NCBI GenBank assembly: GCA_973851085.1
Contig: OZ316776.1
Coordinates: forward strand, 8,246,001-8,310,000
DNA: 64,000 nucleotides
Reading direction: 5' to 3'
Source: Ptychomitrium polyphyllum
Lineage: Eukaryota
In this document: positions 1 through 12,643 of the stretch, piece after piece
Position numbering within the stretch: the stretch's first letter is position 1
Layout: every line of letters begins with the position of its first letter
Made by a program: the position numbers and the translations under genes
Notes under the pieces: generated by a model
The model's input: the letters and a program-made list of their open reading frames with translations, nothing else
The model's database searches: none
What the model was told of the DNA's origin: nothing

Positions 1-1778
1 CATGTCCACTTGCAACTTGTCAATCATCAACTATCGGATCCAGAGCTCAGTGTCAGCCCTTTAAACACGTGGGGAATATATAGGGCCGTCTGCCGGCACA
101 CATTTTAGGTTAACACTAAACCAGCGTTGGATCGAGACTAACCCTACAATGAGGGCATACACATCAAGCTCGTAAACAACCAACTACACTTACCGACTGC
201 TACAAAATCATACCTAGCCCCCACAGAAGCTTTGTCAAAGTCTAAGAGCTCGTGAAAGTCAGAAGCGCTGAAGTACTGCCATCAAAGTAACACCCGCCAT
301 AACCACGACGATATAGGACCTCTACACCCTTGCAATCGTACTTCTTTCGCAGCTCAGATCCAAAATGATTTATTCAAGAGCGCGCATGCCAACTAATCGG
401 CAGACGGGTCCATATCAATCTCCATCACCCACAAATTGCTCCAAAATGAAAAGCACCTACTGAGACAAAAGGAGGCAGCATCCCCTCGAGCACTGCCCAG
501 CCGTCTTCTAGACCAGGGGAAGTTGGAACCTTGGAACCCACCTCAGGTGCACACTGCACACAAATTGCTTGATCTAGGGAAACTCTGCAAGCGACTCTGA
601 ACGTCACGAGGCGAGAGGTGAAACACTCTTCGACGATCTTCCGGGAAGGAAACAGCTTTGCACATACGTTGAACATCTGCTCTGCTCGACCCTGCAATGA
701 TATCCTCTCAGTGGTTACTCCGAAGGTGGAGCGGACTGCGTCACACAACAAGAGTCGGGGACTTCACTCGGAAACGCTGTCCCCCACTCCTGTTGTATGA
801 TGCAAAGCGAGGTTGACCCAGGATTTCACGAAACCTTGAAATAGGTTTGAAGAAAATTTCTTCGAGGGACGTTGCAACTTAAACACTAGGATCTGGGCGA
901 TGAATTGTGAGCCTAGCGCGTTCATCCTCCCACGCGTCTTGGTGCCGTTATTTTGCAATGACCGTCAAACATACTGTTATGAAGTTAATATTTTATTCGC
1001 CAGATAAAATATGATTCACTACACCTTTGACCATGCAACAGTACAGTGGTTTTTTTAACACGTACGAGATATTTATTGAATCAAAGGCAAACATTCCTCC
1101 TTACCGCCACTTCGGTAATGATTCGAGTAGGTGCGATGCATCTGTGACTTCTTCTCTAATTTAAATCAGCGAGATATATCACAGCATGTTTCTACACCGT
1201 ATTCTAAAATTGTTGCCCACATGACATATGGAAAAGCCTTAGGCAAGGACGTCGAAGGCTTGCCACCTACTTTTTTATCAACGGTCTAAGCTGAAGGCCA
1301 TATGTTGCGTTGCTGTTGCAGTTTTACAGTTGGTGAAGCATGTCGATTCTAGCTTGATGGGCGAGTTTCTAGATAGACCTGTCGTTGAATCTAGCAGATT
1401 GTTTTGGAAAATGCTCTCATGATAAGTGCCCGGCAAATCAAACCATTTGCATCCCCTTCTTTTACGTCCACCCTTGTCACTCGGCTAACCTCAAGGCTTG
1501 GACTTGCAAGCTGCATGATGCTCGTCTCCAACGCGTCCCACTGCCTCTCAGTCTGTCCAGTGTCCAGATTGAAGAAAGTCAAAGGGTGGGTCGAACATTC
1601 TTACTCTGGAATAAACTCAGTAAACAAAGAACACAAAGCACATCGCAATACAGTATAGTCAGATTCAATTCCAACCAACTGAATATTGCACGTCTATAAC
1701 ATCGGTTTGTCATCTTATTCAAACGATGATAGTCTGTAAAGATCCATCACTCAACTCAGGAAGGTACAGTATTGTGCA

Positions 1779-2114
1779 CTATGACGAGTTTTGAGATTGA
1801 AGGTTAACTTGGTCGGTAAAACTCGCGTGTGAAAGCAAGGAACTGCGACTCATTGGATTAGGTGCACAAGTATTACGCTCACTCCCGAGATCAAGGCTGC
1901 CTGAAGTGAAGGAGAATCTACAGAGGGGACGAATTCGATTAAAACACTACTTTACCATCGTCACCGCTTCAAAAGCAGATTCACTTCCAAATGTAAACTG
2001 AAGCCTTAGTGCGCTGCAGTAATTTATTTCCTCGGACCAATGATAAAATGCAGAATAAAGTCAATTTTTTGTTCTACCGACCAAGTTCACCTTCAATCTC
2101 AAAACTCGTCATAG
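1779..2114. mobile_element. MITE-like element with 43-bp terminal inverted repeats
   Basis: 1779-1821 (ctatgacgagttttgagattgaaggttaacttggtcggtaaaa) is the reverse complement of 2072-2114 with 2 mismatches. The interior is non-coding and no clear TSD is visible. Confidence 0.55.
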
Positions 2115-5100
2115 CCCAATAAATTGACTTTATTTTGCCTTTTTGCATTGTGGCCACTTCCAGCCCAATTCAATTAAGGTAGACTAAGCTTAAACCAATA
2201 GCTAACCCTACTTGATCAAAAGACTTATGTTATGCCAGCAATCATGTGCATCCTAAATTGTGTTGCTTCCAAAATTGTGTTTGCTTTAATGAAAGTCTTG
2301 AAATTGTATATTAGAATTGGCAATTTTGGAGGTAGAACTATCTTGAATTGGATTGAAGGTAAAGTACACCTATGAGTCAAAGTTATTCAATCGGTGATAC
2401 AAAATGTTTTATTTACAATTCTTGCACATCACCTCATAATTATATTTGTATTACATATTAGACATTTTACATCTTGTAAATTTTACAATTGGGTTTATTT
2501 CATGAAAATATGATATTATGACACAATCATACATAAGGGAATATGAATTATTATACTTTATAATTTCATAAGAATTTATCTTTCAAAACAAACTTTATAA
2601 TTCACATACTTTTCATTATTGATATAATCTCCTTAAAGGCTTATCTTTTCATAAACACATATGTACTGGATTTAGACTACTATCTTTGACCTATAGGAAT
2701 GTTTGTTAATAATTTTATGCACCAATACACTAAGATATGCCATTTATTCTTTTAGTGTTTTTACAAAAAAACATTTTTGGCAAAATTACATCTAATAATG
2801 TAGAGCCAAGACTATAATACTTAATTATCTTTATATAGATGACATTAAATTTATTAAACATTTAAATATCTCATTTCATTATATCTATGTAGTAACTTGG
2901 TAGTAAATCCAAAAACCAAAGGCTATTATTAATTCATAACAACAATAATAGCCTTATATCATTAAAAATTGCAATGAAGACAAGATATACAAGGTTGGAC
3001 TTAATGACTTCATCTTCATTTGCCTCAAATATGTTATAATCCCTCAATTCCTATGTTTTTAATTAATTTAAACAATGCTTCAAAAAATAGAAGAGATTTT
3101 GAACCTTGAAAAATACAATTGAGCATATTATTAATTATACATTTACAAACTAACTATTTTTTTTACAAAAAATTCTTTAATGGTATCAAATATAAATTGT
3201 GGCTTTTTAAACATATGAATCTATTCAATCAATAATTACATCATAAATAAGCATCTAGCACTATATACAACATTTGTAGGCCATTTTAAGGAATTTAGGT
3301 AATTTATAATACATACTAAACAAAGATGGTTGCAACATATATGGCTTCAATGATATAGGTGTTATAGCAAATATTAAAGGCCTTACTACAAAAAAAAGTA
3401 ATGTCTTGTTTAATTCTATATGGACTTTGTAAAAAATCATATTCTTTTAATTCAAAATATTTGATTTAGTTAATATTATAACAAAATGGTTTTGAATTTG
3501 GTCCTACATTCCATCTTAGAATTGGTATTTTCAAGAGCTAATGCCATAGTGGATTTAAATTAATATATAAGGATCAACGTGGTATAATCCGATTTTTATT
3601 ATTTCATTAAAATATTAACATATGTAAGTGCAAAACATGTATAGTTTAGATATGAAATAATGTCTAAATAAACTTTGTAAACAAGTCCAACTCAAATCAC
3701 TACACCTTTTTTTTACAAGTGAATACTTTAAATCTTTTTGAAATAAAAAATTAATCAAATTTGTTTATTAATAGTACCATTATAAATTCCATCATGCATT
3801 TTTTAATCTTTCCACTATATTACAATAAGTCAATTCAAAAAGACATTATGAGTTGATTTTGAATTTAACCAAGCTTCTTACATTAACATTAAATCAGTAT
3901 ATAATAGCATTGTAATAATCAAAGGAAATAAAATTTTTATATAATTAAAGGAAAAGCTCAACAATTGAAGGTGTATTGAGCAAAACACTTTGTGCAAGTA
4001 AAAGCTCAATGTACAACAAAGATCTCACCAAATGATTTTTCCTTTGTTTATTTTGATTAGGTAATGTGATTTAAATATATTTTGAACAATTGCATTATAT
4101 TTCTTATGCATAGAAGAATATATAGTTTGAATATCTATTTCTAAATTTGTATACACTAGTATTAAATGCTTGTGGATTGTAATATATATTTGGATATTAT
4201 GTTGTTTGCTTATACATACATGTCTTATTTTTGAATTTATGATTTTTATAGGTTTGATTTTTATTTGTTAAAAGAAAAAACAACATTGAAAATTGCACAT
4301 TCATACAAATCAAATGTAATAGAAGGACTATAAAAAATAAGAATTAATGAAAATTTTTATAATAAAAGGGTTATTTAAATTCTTTATTTTAAATCAAAAA
4401 ATAAAAATATTCTTATGCTACATATGATTTACTGATTCATAAAAGGAATAGCCTCCTTCTCTTTTTCCATCCACTTTTTTTTTTATGATCTCATTTTTAT
4501 TTGTACTTATAACATTTTATAAGCTGTAGTGTTTTTAAAATAAAAAGATCTTGGGCCTTTAAAGATAGAAAAAAAACTCTTGGGAATCTTTAGATATAAC
4601 TTTCTATATTTTTAAAGATTCTTTAAGGATTTTTATATTAACACTTTATACACAGTTTTTGAGCAACATAATGAACATTAATATAATCTTAATATAGTTT
4701 GATTGATATGCTTTTCTTTGAATTACAACATTTTTTTTTACTTAATTATGAACAATTTATAAAATTTTCAAAATTCAATGAAATGTATTAAATAAATATG
4801 GTCCAAAAATTTCATTTGTCTTTAAAGAAATTAAGCATAGTATTTTTTTCCTACAACATTTTAATGCTTAATTTTGAAACTAAGTGTTATTTCATTATTC
4901 ACCTATCTAGCTAAACTGAAATTTAAAATGAAATTTAAAATGAAAAAACTTTTGAGCTTATATGAATCAATGAAAAAGGCTTTTTTATCAAAAATTATAA
5001 TTTTTCTTAAGAATATATTTGAAAATATAAAACAATTGAATAATAAGTCTAAACCTTTATAAGTGCACAGTATTCATGAACAAAAGTGTAAAGTATCTTT

Positions 5101-6692
5101 TCAATTAATAGTTGGAAATGATAACTAAGTATATATGATAATGGCATGGAGCTTAGAAAATTCATGCAATAATTTTGGCATTTTCTTATAGGTTAGAAAA
5201 AATAAGCACTTGAAAATTCTTGTTGGACATTCTTTCCATTACAAAGTAGACCAATAGGCATGATTATAAAATATAGGTCAAGCATAAAATTCTACTTTAA
5301 ATTTACATTGATAAATTAGCATAGCCAATTAAATTTAAATTTTATTTAATCAATTGAATAACAAAAGATCATTACTACATAATCCACATATTGTTTTAAC
5401 TTTTCTTTTTACATGTTAATACTTTGAAGAACATTTCAAACTATTTTTTGGAATTTGTATGTAATACAAAAAGAAATATTTTAATTCCATCTTGTTGTGT
5501 ATTTGTCTTTTTGTTTGCTTATATCAAAAAAAAATTACTTTTTAATTTTAATTTTTTTTCTATTTTACTTTTATATTGATATGTTATTATAATTTTTTTA
5601 ATTTTAATTTTAATTTTATTGTTTTACTTTTTTACCCTTTTACCTTTAATCTCTTTATTAATTTATTTTATTCATTTATTATTATTTTTTTGTTTCATTT
5701 TAACTATTTTTAAATTTAAAAAAAAATTATTTTACCTGTTTGTTATCTTGCTTTTATTTATTTACTCTTACAATTGCATATAAACATCAAATAGCATCAC
5801 AAAAGATGTGATGTCCACCTTACTTGTTTGATTTATGTTGTTCATACACGAATGGTCTTCAATTACCTTTTTTGAAAAAAGCAATTAATTTGAGCATGAG
5901 GCGTTCACAACACTACAGGACCTTAGCTTCTACCCATCTAAAATCGTTCGTTTCCTCCAACGAGCAAATAGTGCCTTGCCCATCTCTCCTAGAAATTCGA
6001 ACTTCAAACTGAATGAAAAACAACACAACGAATGAACTGACATCACAGAACCATCCAAAACGGACGGTATCCCTTTTCCATGCAGTTACGCCTTCTACAG
6101 CAGACACAACACCCCCAGCTCTCACATGCCACAGACGAGCTGTACTCTCCTGCAGTACATCGAAATACCAGCATCATCTACGAACGTTCTACTTTCCACT
6201 GTGGAAAATCTTGACTCTTCCTAGATGAATTCAGCTACAATCTACAATGCTGCATTTTGGGCCAAATCAATGTCCGAGTCTGCCTTCTAGAGACTCAGCC
6301 AGCTCTTACATGAGACAGACACGCTGTAAAGAGGACAGCAACCCTCATGCGCCACGCTGGAACCACGCACCCTAAACCAGTACCATCTACAAATGGTGAA
6401 TAATGTTTAGTGAAAATATACTAAATCGTAGATAACGACGGTTGGGAAGCATGATGTCGTGTTTTTTGCGCTCCCCGACGTCGTCGCGGGTGGCCCGCAT
6501 GCTGTTTCGGGACTGTGCGAGTGTGCGAGCTCGCTCATCCGCGCGCTTCGTTGCAATTGATGTTTATTCTTGCACTTTGACAGATCACAACAGTATTCAG
6601 TTTTTAGATGCTGCAGCCTGCCGAGACGGCGACGCATTTGGTGGGCTGTGGTGGGAGAGCGTCGACCGGGAAGCAGTGATTGCATCCCGAGG

Positions 6693-8188
6693 ATGTCCGA
6701 GGACGCAGCTGCGCTCACAAGATGGTTGTTTGAGGATTTCAAGCACGCTTATGACGCCAGGTTTGGTCGCAAGGGCGCCAACCATTCCAAAGACCACCCG
6801 CATCTTAGTATGCCCATGGGGAATACTGCGAGTGTGAGTGTGCAGAGCGAGGAGAGGGATGGTGCTGTGGTGATGAATGATAGTAACAAGCCCAAGAGGG
6901 AGCCGCGCGAGCTCGCGCCCTATGAGAAGTTTGCGATTGCGAATCAAGGGAACGGAACGGCTCCAGGCGGAGGAACCGAGGTGGCTGGAATGGCGAATGG
7001 TGGAGCGAAGGTGACTCCTTTGGGGGAGAAGCCGGGGTGGATGAAGCCGTTGCCGGAATTTGCCTCACTGGAGACGATGGTGCTAGCGGAGAGTATGATG
7101 CAAGATATTGTGAAAGGGGATCTAGATGTGCAGTGGGATAGTATCAAGGGTTTAGAGAATGCCAAGCGGTTGCTGAAGGAAGCCGTTGTGATGCCCATTA
7201 AGTACCCGCAGTATTTCACTGGGTTGTTGACGCCGTGGAAAGGAATCTTACTTTTCGGCCCACCTGGAACTGGCAAGGTATTGTGATGGTCTGTATGTTT
7301 TCAGGTGTTTTACTATGTTCGTTTTGTTTGGTGAGAATTATTGTAATTTAGAATGGTTAGGTTGGGTTTATTGGCTGGTGAGAGGTTGAGGGACGAGTTC
7401 ATGTCTGGGATTTATGGTGAGGTTGGGTTGCTTAATGCTGTAGAATGTGGGGAGGGATTGATTGTTCTTGTGGTCATTGGATGTAGACTATGTTGGCGAA
7501 GGCAGTGGCGACGGAATGCAAGACGACGTTTTTTAATATCTCGGCGTCGTCGATCGTGAGCAAGTGGAGGGGTGATGGGGAGAAGCTGGTGAGAGTGTTA
7601 TTTCAGCTGGCGCGGCATTTCGCACCAAGTACTATCTTCTTCGACGAGATCGATGCGTTGATTAGCATGCGAGGGGAAGGCTCCAGTGAGCACGAGGCGA
7701 GTAGGCGGCTCAAGACGGAGCTTCTTGTGCAGATGGATGGGTTAACGAAGTCGAAGGAGCTCGTGTTCGTGCTTGCTGCCACGAATTTGCCGTGGCAGCT
7801 TGACGGTGCCATGCTGCGGCGCCTGGAGAAGCGAATCCTGGTCCCCTTGCCAGAGCCCGAAGCTCGGGAAGGAATGTTCCAACATCTCCTGGGTGGTCAA
7901 AAGAACGGCCTGGCCGAGCTCCCATTGGCGACCATGGTGGAAGGAACCGAGGGTTACTCTGGATCCGACATCCGTATCGTGTGCAAGGAAGCGGCAATGC
8001 GGCCTCTGCGGCGCGTCATGGTCGTGCTGGAGAAGAGAGAGCCTAACTGCGAGGATCCTCTTCCTGAGCTCGGCCCTATAACCCCAGACGATATCCTCAC
8101 CGCCTTGAAAACCACCCGACCTTCTGCGCACTTGTCGGCGGCCAGATACACCCAATTCGACAACGACTTTGGCAGCCAGAACATGTGA
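6693..8188 (+). CDS. KATNAL2: Katanin p60 subunit A-like 2 type AAA ATPase (At2g34560-like); exons 6693-7277 and 7487-8188
   Basis: N-terminal [19 protein letters not shown] motif of the plant family, Walker [14 protein letters not shown] split by a GT-AG intron, pore loop SKWRG, Walker [33 protein letters not shown]-terminal [10 protein letters not shown]. Confidence 0.9.
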
Positions 8189-9779
8189 TGAGCAACAAGC
8201 GTTTGGTTGTGAACATGGTGTACTCTTAGCAGATGAAGACTCATCAGCTTGGTCCTCAGGAGCAATGTTAGTCGAGCGAGCGGAACTCACCTGTACGTGA
8301 TGAGACGTGACATTGCTGGTTGCATTTGCGTTGAGCTTAAGCAGGAAGGGGACGTTATCGAACCACTGTCTGTGCACTGGAACACTAAGCGTAATTTCAC
8401 TGTGGATTACAGCGCTCTCTGCTTGCTTTCGGGGTGTGTGGCCGGGGGCGTAGAGTACATGTTTGAAGAAAACAAATGAGCAATTTCTTTAGTATTCTCT
8501 GGATGCCTCGAATTCTTTGTTCATATTGAACCACTCAATTCGCAAAAATTAATAAACATATAGAATTGTCCCACCTTCGTTCTCTAATTTTGTAAGCGGG
8601 GACTTTGTGCTGGAATAGGTTGTTGTAGTTGAAAGATCGTATCGTGCATTGTAACTGGATCTCGGTTGGAATTGGTCTCATACTTATTATACAGGTGAAT
8701 CGTTCCGCAAACTTATCGGTATACCTGTGTGTCTCCATCTTCGGTATTCCTGTCTCGTTTTCTCGGACGTTTCAGAATTCGTTTGGACATTCTTCTCTAG
8801 ACTGAAATGTTCTTTGATGCTATTTCCTTTGGGTACCTTGATTGGAAAGATAAGGTATCTTGCCTTAATATGATTGGTAATGTTATTTTGGGTATTGTCT
8901 GCAAGGTGTACATGTTCTCAACGTTGTGGTTTTTGCTGTATTACTTGCGAGGTAAGCAACATTGTAGACTTTACAGGCCAGTACCTGCTGTCCTGCGATT
9001 TGTACATTTGACCTCTTTGACTTTTTAATCACATCAGGAAACTGATGGATCCATTCTAAGGTTGCAACTGGATTCCGATTTCATGTGGTGACACAGGAAC
9101 CTCTAATTACCAATCTAGCATCTCGTTTTTCTCATGAACGTGCAAAACCTTAGTACAAGTAGAGCGCACGCGTCTACGGCGTTCTACCTTCTCTAGGGCT
9201 GATACTTTTCAAACAAGCTTGAAAAGGCAACATAAAGAGTTCGATCTCACCTTTACTACCTTTTCGCAACATAGAGCCTGTTCTGCTTACAACAGCTCCC
9301 ATACTTTTTGCGAATCGTAGGACATATTTTATGTGCGACCAGGACTCGACTTATGCTCACGCAACCCGTTCAAGGTTGTTGCTTGATATCTGCGCGTGGT
9401 GTTAAACCTCATGGACTTGACTATCAAAACGATCTTGATTTGGCTACATACGGTCAGTGAGTTAGGCGTACTTTCAAGTAACTCATTTGGATCCAAAACT
9501 AGTTTCCTCTCCCCCCCAGCATTTAGCAACAAGAAAGAGTTCAGTATACCGTAATCAAGTGCTTGTAGTGCAAGTCTAGGAGTGCTCGCAACTGAGTTGA
9601 ATGTTTCTCCAAGCCTATCGCCCTCGATTCCGGGCTGCAGCGTTTCTGAGCTGGTGCATATACCGGAGACTCGTAGTAATAGGTCACACTCAGCACTATT
9701 GTTCTCTTACCTCCAAACTTGTAGACCTGATAAGTACCTGAATCATCCAAATGTACAATTATTTTAGTTCGTGATTTGA

Positions 9780-11305
9780 GTTGGTAACATCGAATACCTT
9801 GACCTTAACCACTGTCATGCCAGTAGCGGTAACCGGTTTGGAGGCAACTGGCAGAAAATAATATATTTGTACTTTAAAGGCTAGTTTGCACCCTAGAGAA
9901 CATCTAGTTTAGAAGGGTAACATTAGAACCAAGAGGGGAAATGCCTTACTTGCACAGGAACCTGTAACTAAAAATGTGCATATCACCTGAGAGGGTTCAA
10001 TGAAGTGATCATGTTATTTTTGAGATTGAGCTCAAATTTCAAAAATCTAGTGGCTTGAACACATCTCCACAACGTCGTATTTTTCGTTCAGCTCAATTCA
10101 ACACCTGAACCAAGAAGGCCACATATATATTCTTTGGGTATTGGGCTTTTGTAACATTTGAAAGCAAATTATCATTGTGAACTGGCTCGAAAAGCACTAA
10201 TGTCAACTTTAATGCCCTTTCAAAAATTGATTCCTAAGGTGCACGTAAAGCAGTCACTCGAGAGGATCATACTCTTGACGTAATTCAAGATGAGGTAGAT
10301 TTTAAATCCGTGTGATGCAATTCTTCTTTCAGGCATATCCTATGTCTTACGAGTTACTCTGTAGCTGTAAGAACCAGCATTGTAAGGCTACATTGAAAGA
10401 ATAAGCTGGCTTAAAAGGCATCACACAGTAAGAATTGTAAGGACACAGAGCAGTTTGAGCAAGTGTGTCCTGGAGCTTAGTAACCTGTAGTAACCTTCTT
10501 GCAATCAAACTCTGAAAGCAAGGGTAAGGATCGGTCCGTCTCATTAACAACAGGATTGCTTCGCAAATTCAGGATTTAAGATCAATAGTTGAAACGCCGC
10601 AACATATTGCAAACCTTCAACTAATCAGATCATGAGCCGGTCTACGAAACTCAAATTATCACCTAAGATCATTGATAAAAATGGAATGTTCGGCATACGT
10701 GCAATTGCAGAAGACCAAGACCATCCATGCACCAATTGATTCCCAACCAGGTCAAGTGTGAGCTACTTAGAAAGACCACTTAGACAGTCAAATCCTCTTC
10801 AATAAATCGTAGCTCATATCCAATCTTTCCAGCATACACACATCTAGCTGACCAGATATTGAAGATGTCTTGTTGAATGATAGTACAAGTACCTTGAGAC
10901 ACGGTAAACCTTGGAGTAGGTTAACTTCTGTAATATTACAGGTGAGGAAGTTGAGATAAGTGAGGTTTAGGTAAAGGTGACCTCTCACCTGTTCCTTCTT
11001 TGAAGATACTCAGCTAATAGTGCTACACGTTTCACCAAGTGTGACCTTGGTATAGGAAGAACAAGATCACATGAAACAGAGCTTCCACTCTCTGGTGTTG
11101 AGAACTGACGTGTGCCATCTATGTCGGATTCAATAACGGGTTAATCATCAGTGTGTCCTTTGGTGAGGTTTGTCACCTTTGAAAACATCGCATTTCTCTT
11201 GATGACCGCGGCAGGTCCAGCTTGCAAGTGTCGGTACCCTTGAAACTGTACTCGAAGTCTACTAAATAAATATTCAGGGCCACTGCATCTGCTTCAAACA
11301 CTGTT
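9780..11305 (-). pseudogene. Degenerate leucine-rich-repeat gene, LRRC9-like
   Basis: Minus-strand SDS22-type LRRs (LTYLNFLTCNI, LKVLVLSFNK, LERLDMSYDL, LSK*LTLDLVGNQL) broken by stops and frameshifts. They are preceded by VFEADAV/PEYL/VDFEY at about 11248-11301. Boundaries are approximate. Confidence 0.6.
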
Positions 11306-12265
11306 CACTAGTGCTGCATTGGGTCCTGAGTGTGGGTTCTGAATTAGGAGTCGGCAAAACATTCCAAAACATTCCAACCTGCAGTTACAAGACCTCAGAG
11401 TCCACACAGCCAAGATAGTTTCCAATTTTCCTTTTTTCTTCTTCTGAAATGGTCAATATACAATAATTTGAAGGCATCATGTGTATGAGCAAGTATTTTG
11501 TCTGAAGTATAATAGAGATATGTTGGTTTGCCTTGGAAAGAGTTGCTGTTGAAGTTTAATGAAAATAGGTTTTGGTGGCCTGTTCATCACGGTAGACTAT
11601 GACGCATGATGTGCCAATGAATTTTAACCTCAAAGATTAATCATCCCAGTTATGGATAACGAACAAATTAAAAAAATATATTTCATTCACATTCATTTAT
11701 GTTTTCCATCTATTCAAGGTTCTTTGCATGGTCGTGGTACCAAATCTTTAAACTTCATTGGTGTAGAATTTTCAAAAATATTGATATAGGTTTATTATGT
11801 CACTTTTTTTTTTCTAGTTCCAAATTAAGTACGATATTATTATAAGAATTTTACCATAATAAGAGTATGTTGTTTAAAAGCTCAGATTCAAGTAAGATAT
11901 TTTTTTTAAAAATAATAATTTTTGACCTATAATTAAATTACAAAAAATTGTTTTAAATATTAATTAAAACATATTTGATAATAGTTATTTTGTTACAAAT
12001 GGAAACACAAGACAAAGATTTAAAACAAAGAAATGGAATAATTAAACTTTATATTATGGACTAAAAATGACAACAAAGTACAAGACTAAAAGGTCTAAAT
12101 TAGACCATAAGAAATATGTTATTGAAATTAAAAATCCTTCCAACTTTAATTCTTAAATATACTATAGATCTAAAATTCCTTAAAAGTTTTTTAAGTGACT
12201 ACCAATACAATGGTTTGTATTCAAACAACCTTAAGTTGCTTCTTTGAAGCTCTCACAATTCATTT

Positions 12266-12643
12266 TGCTACAAACATAGATCATGCAACATAATCTTTAG
12301 AATCTCTTAGAACATCCTTGTAGTTTTTTAGAATTGTTGAATGCTTCTATAGCTATTCCACCTCCTTAGATAATTTTTCATGAAGATTCCAAAAACTTCT
12401 AGAACATTCTTAAGTTTTATAAGAAACTTTTTTAGAAGTATCATAGGAAATACAAACATCATAATATAAATAGGAGGCAAGACAAGGTATACCTTAATCT
12501 TGCCAATACAAATTGTAAAGCATATTTATATTGTATCCTTATCATAGTCTTTACATCACTTCTTGTTAATCATAAGCCCCTTTAAAGCTAATTTTTGGAA
12601 GCTATTTTGTATTTAGCTTCTTCTTTCTTGTGATCTTGAAACA
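12266..12643 (+). mobile_element. Old degenerate LTR related to the LTRs at 28973 and 34966
   Basis: TG...CA ends; shares atcatgcaacata, agaacattcttaag, tttagaagtatcatagg, tataaataggaggcaaga and tcttgccaa with the intact LTR; lacks most of the U3 repeat array. Confidence 0.75.

Noticed and set aside
1..960. Short ORFs 425-751, 618-800 and 764-958
   Set aside because: No recognisable motifs. The region could be the UTR or intron of a gene outside the window, but that cannot be supported here.
2150..5800. AT-rich block as a Helitron or DNA transposon with coding remnants
   Set aside because: No transposase or helicase motif, TIR, or hairpin-plus-CTRR end could be read reliably.
6407..8479. 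Overlapping antisense and alternative-frame ORFs over the katanin gene
   Set aside because: Shadow ORFs of a GC-rich coding region.
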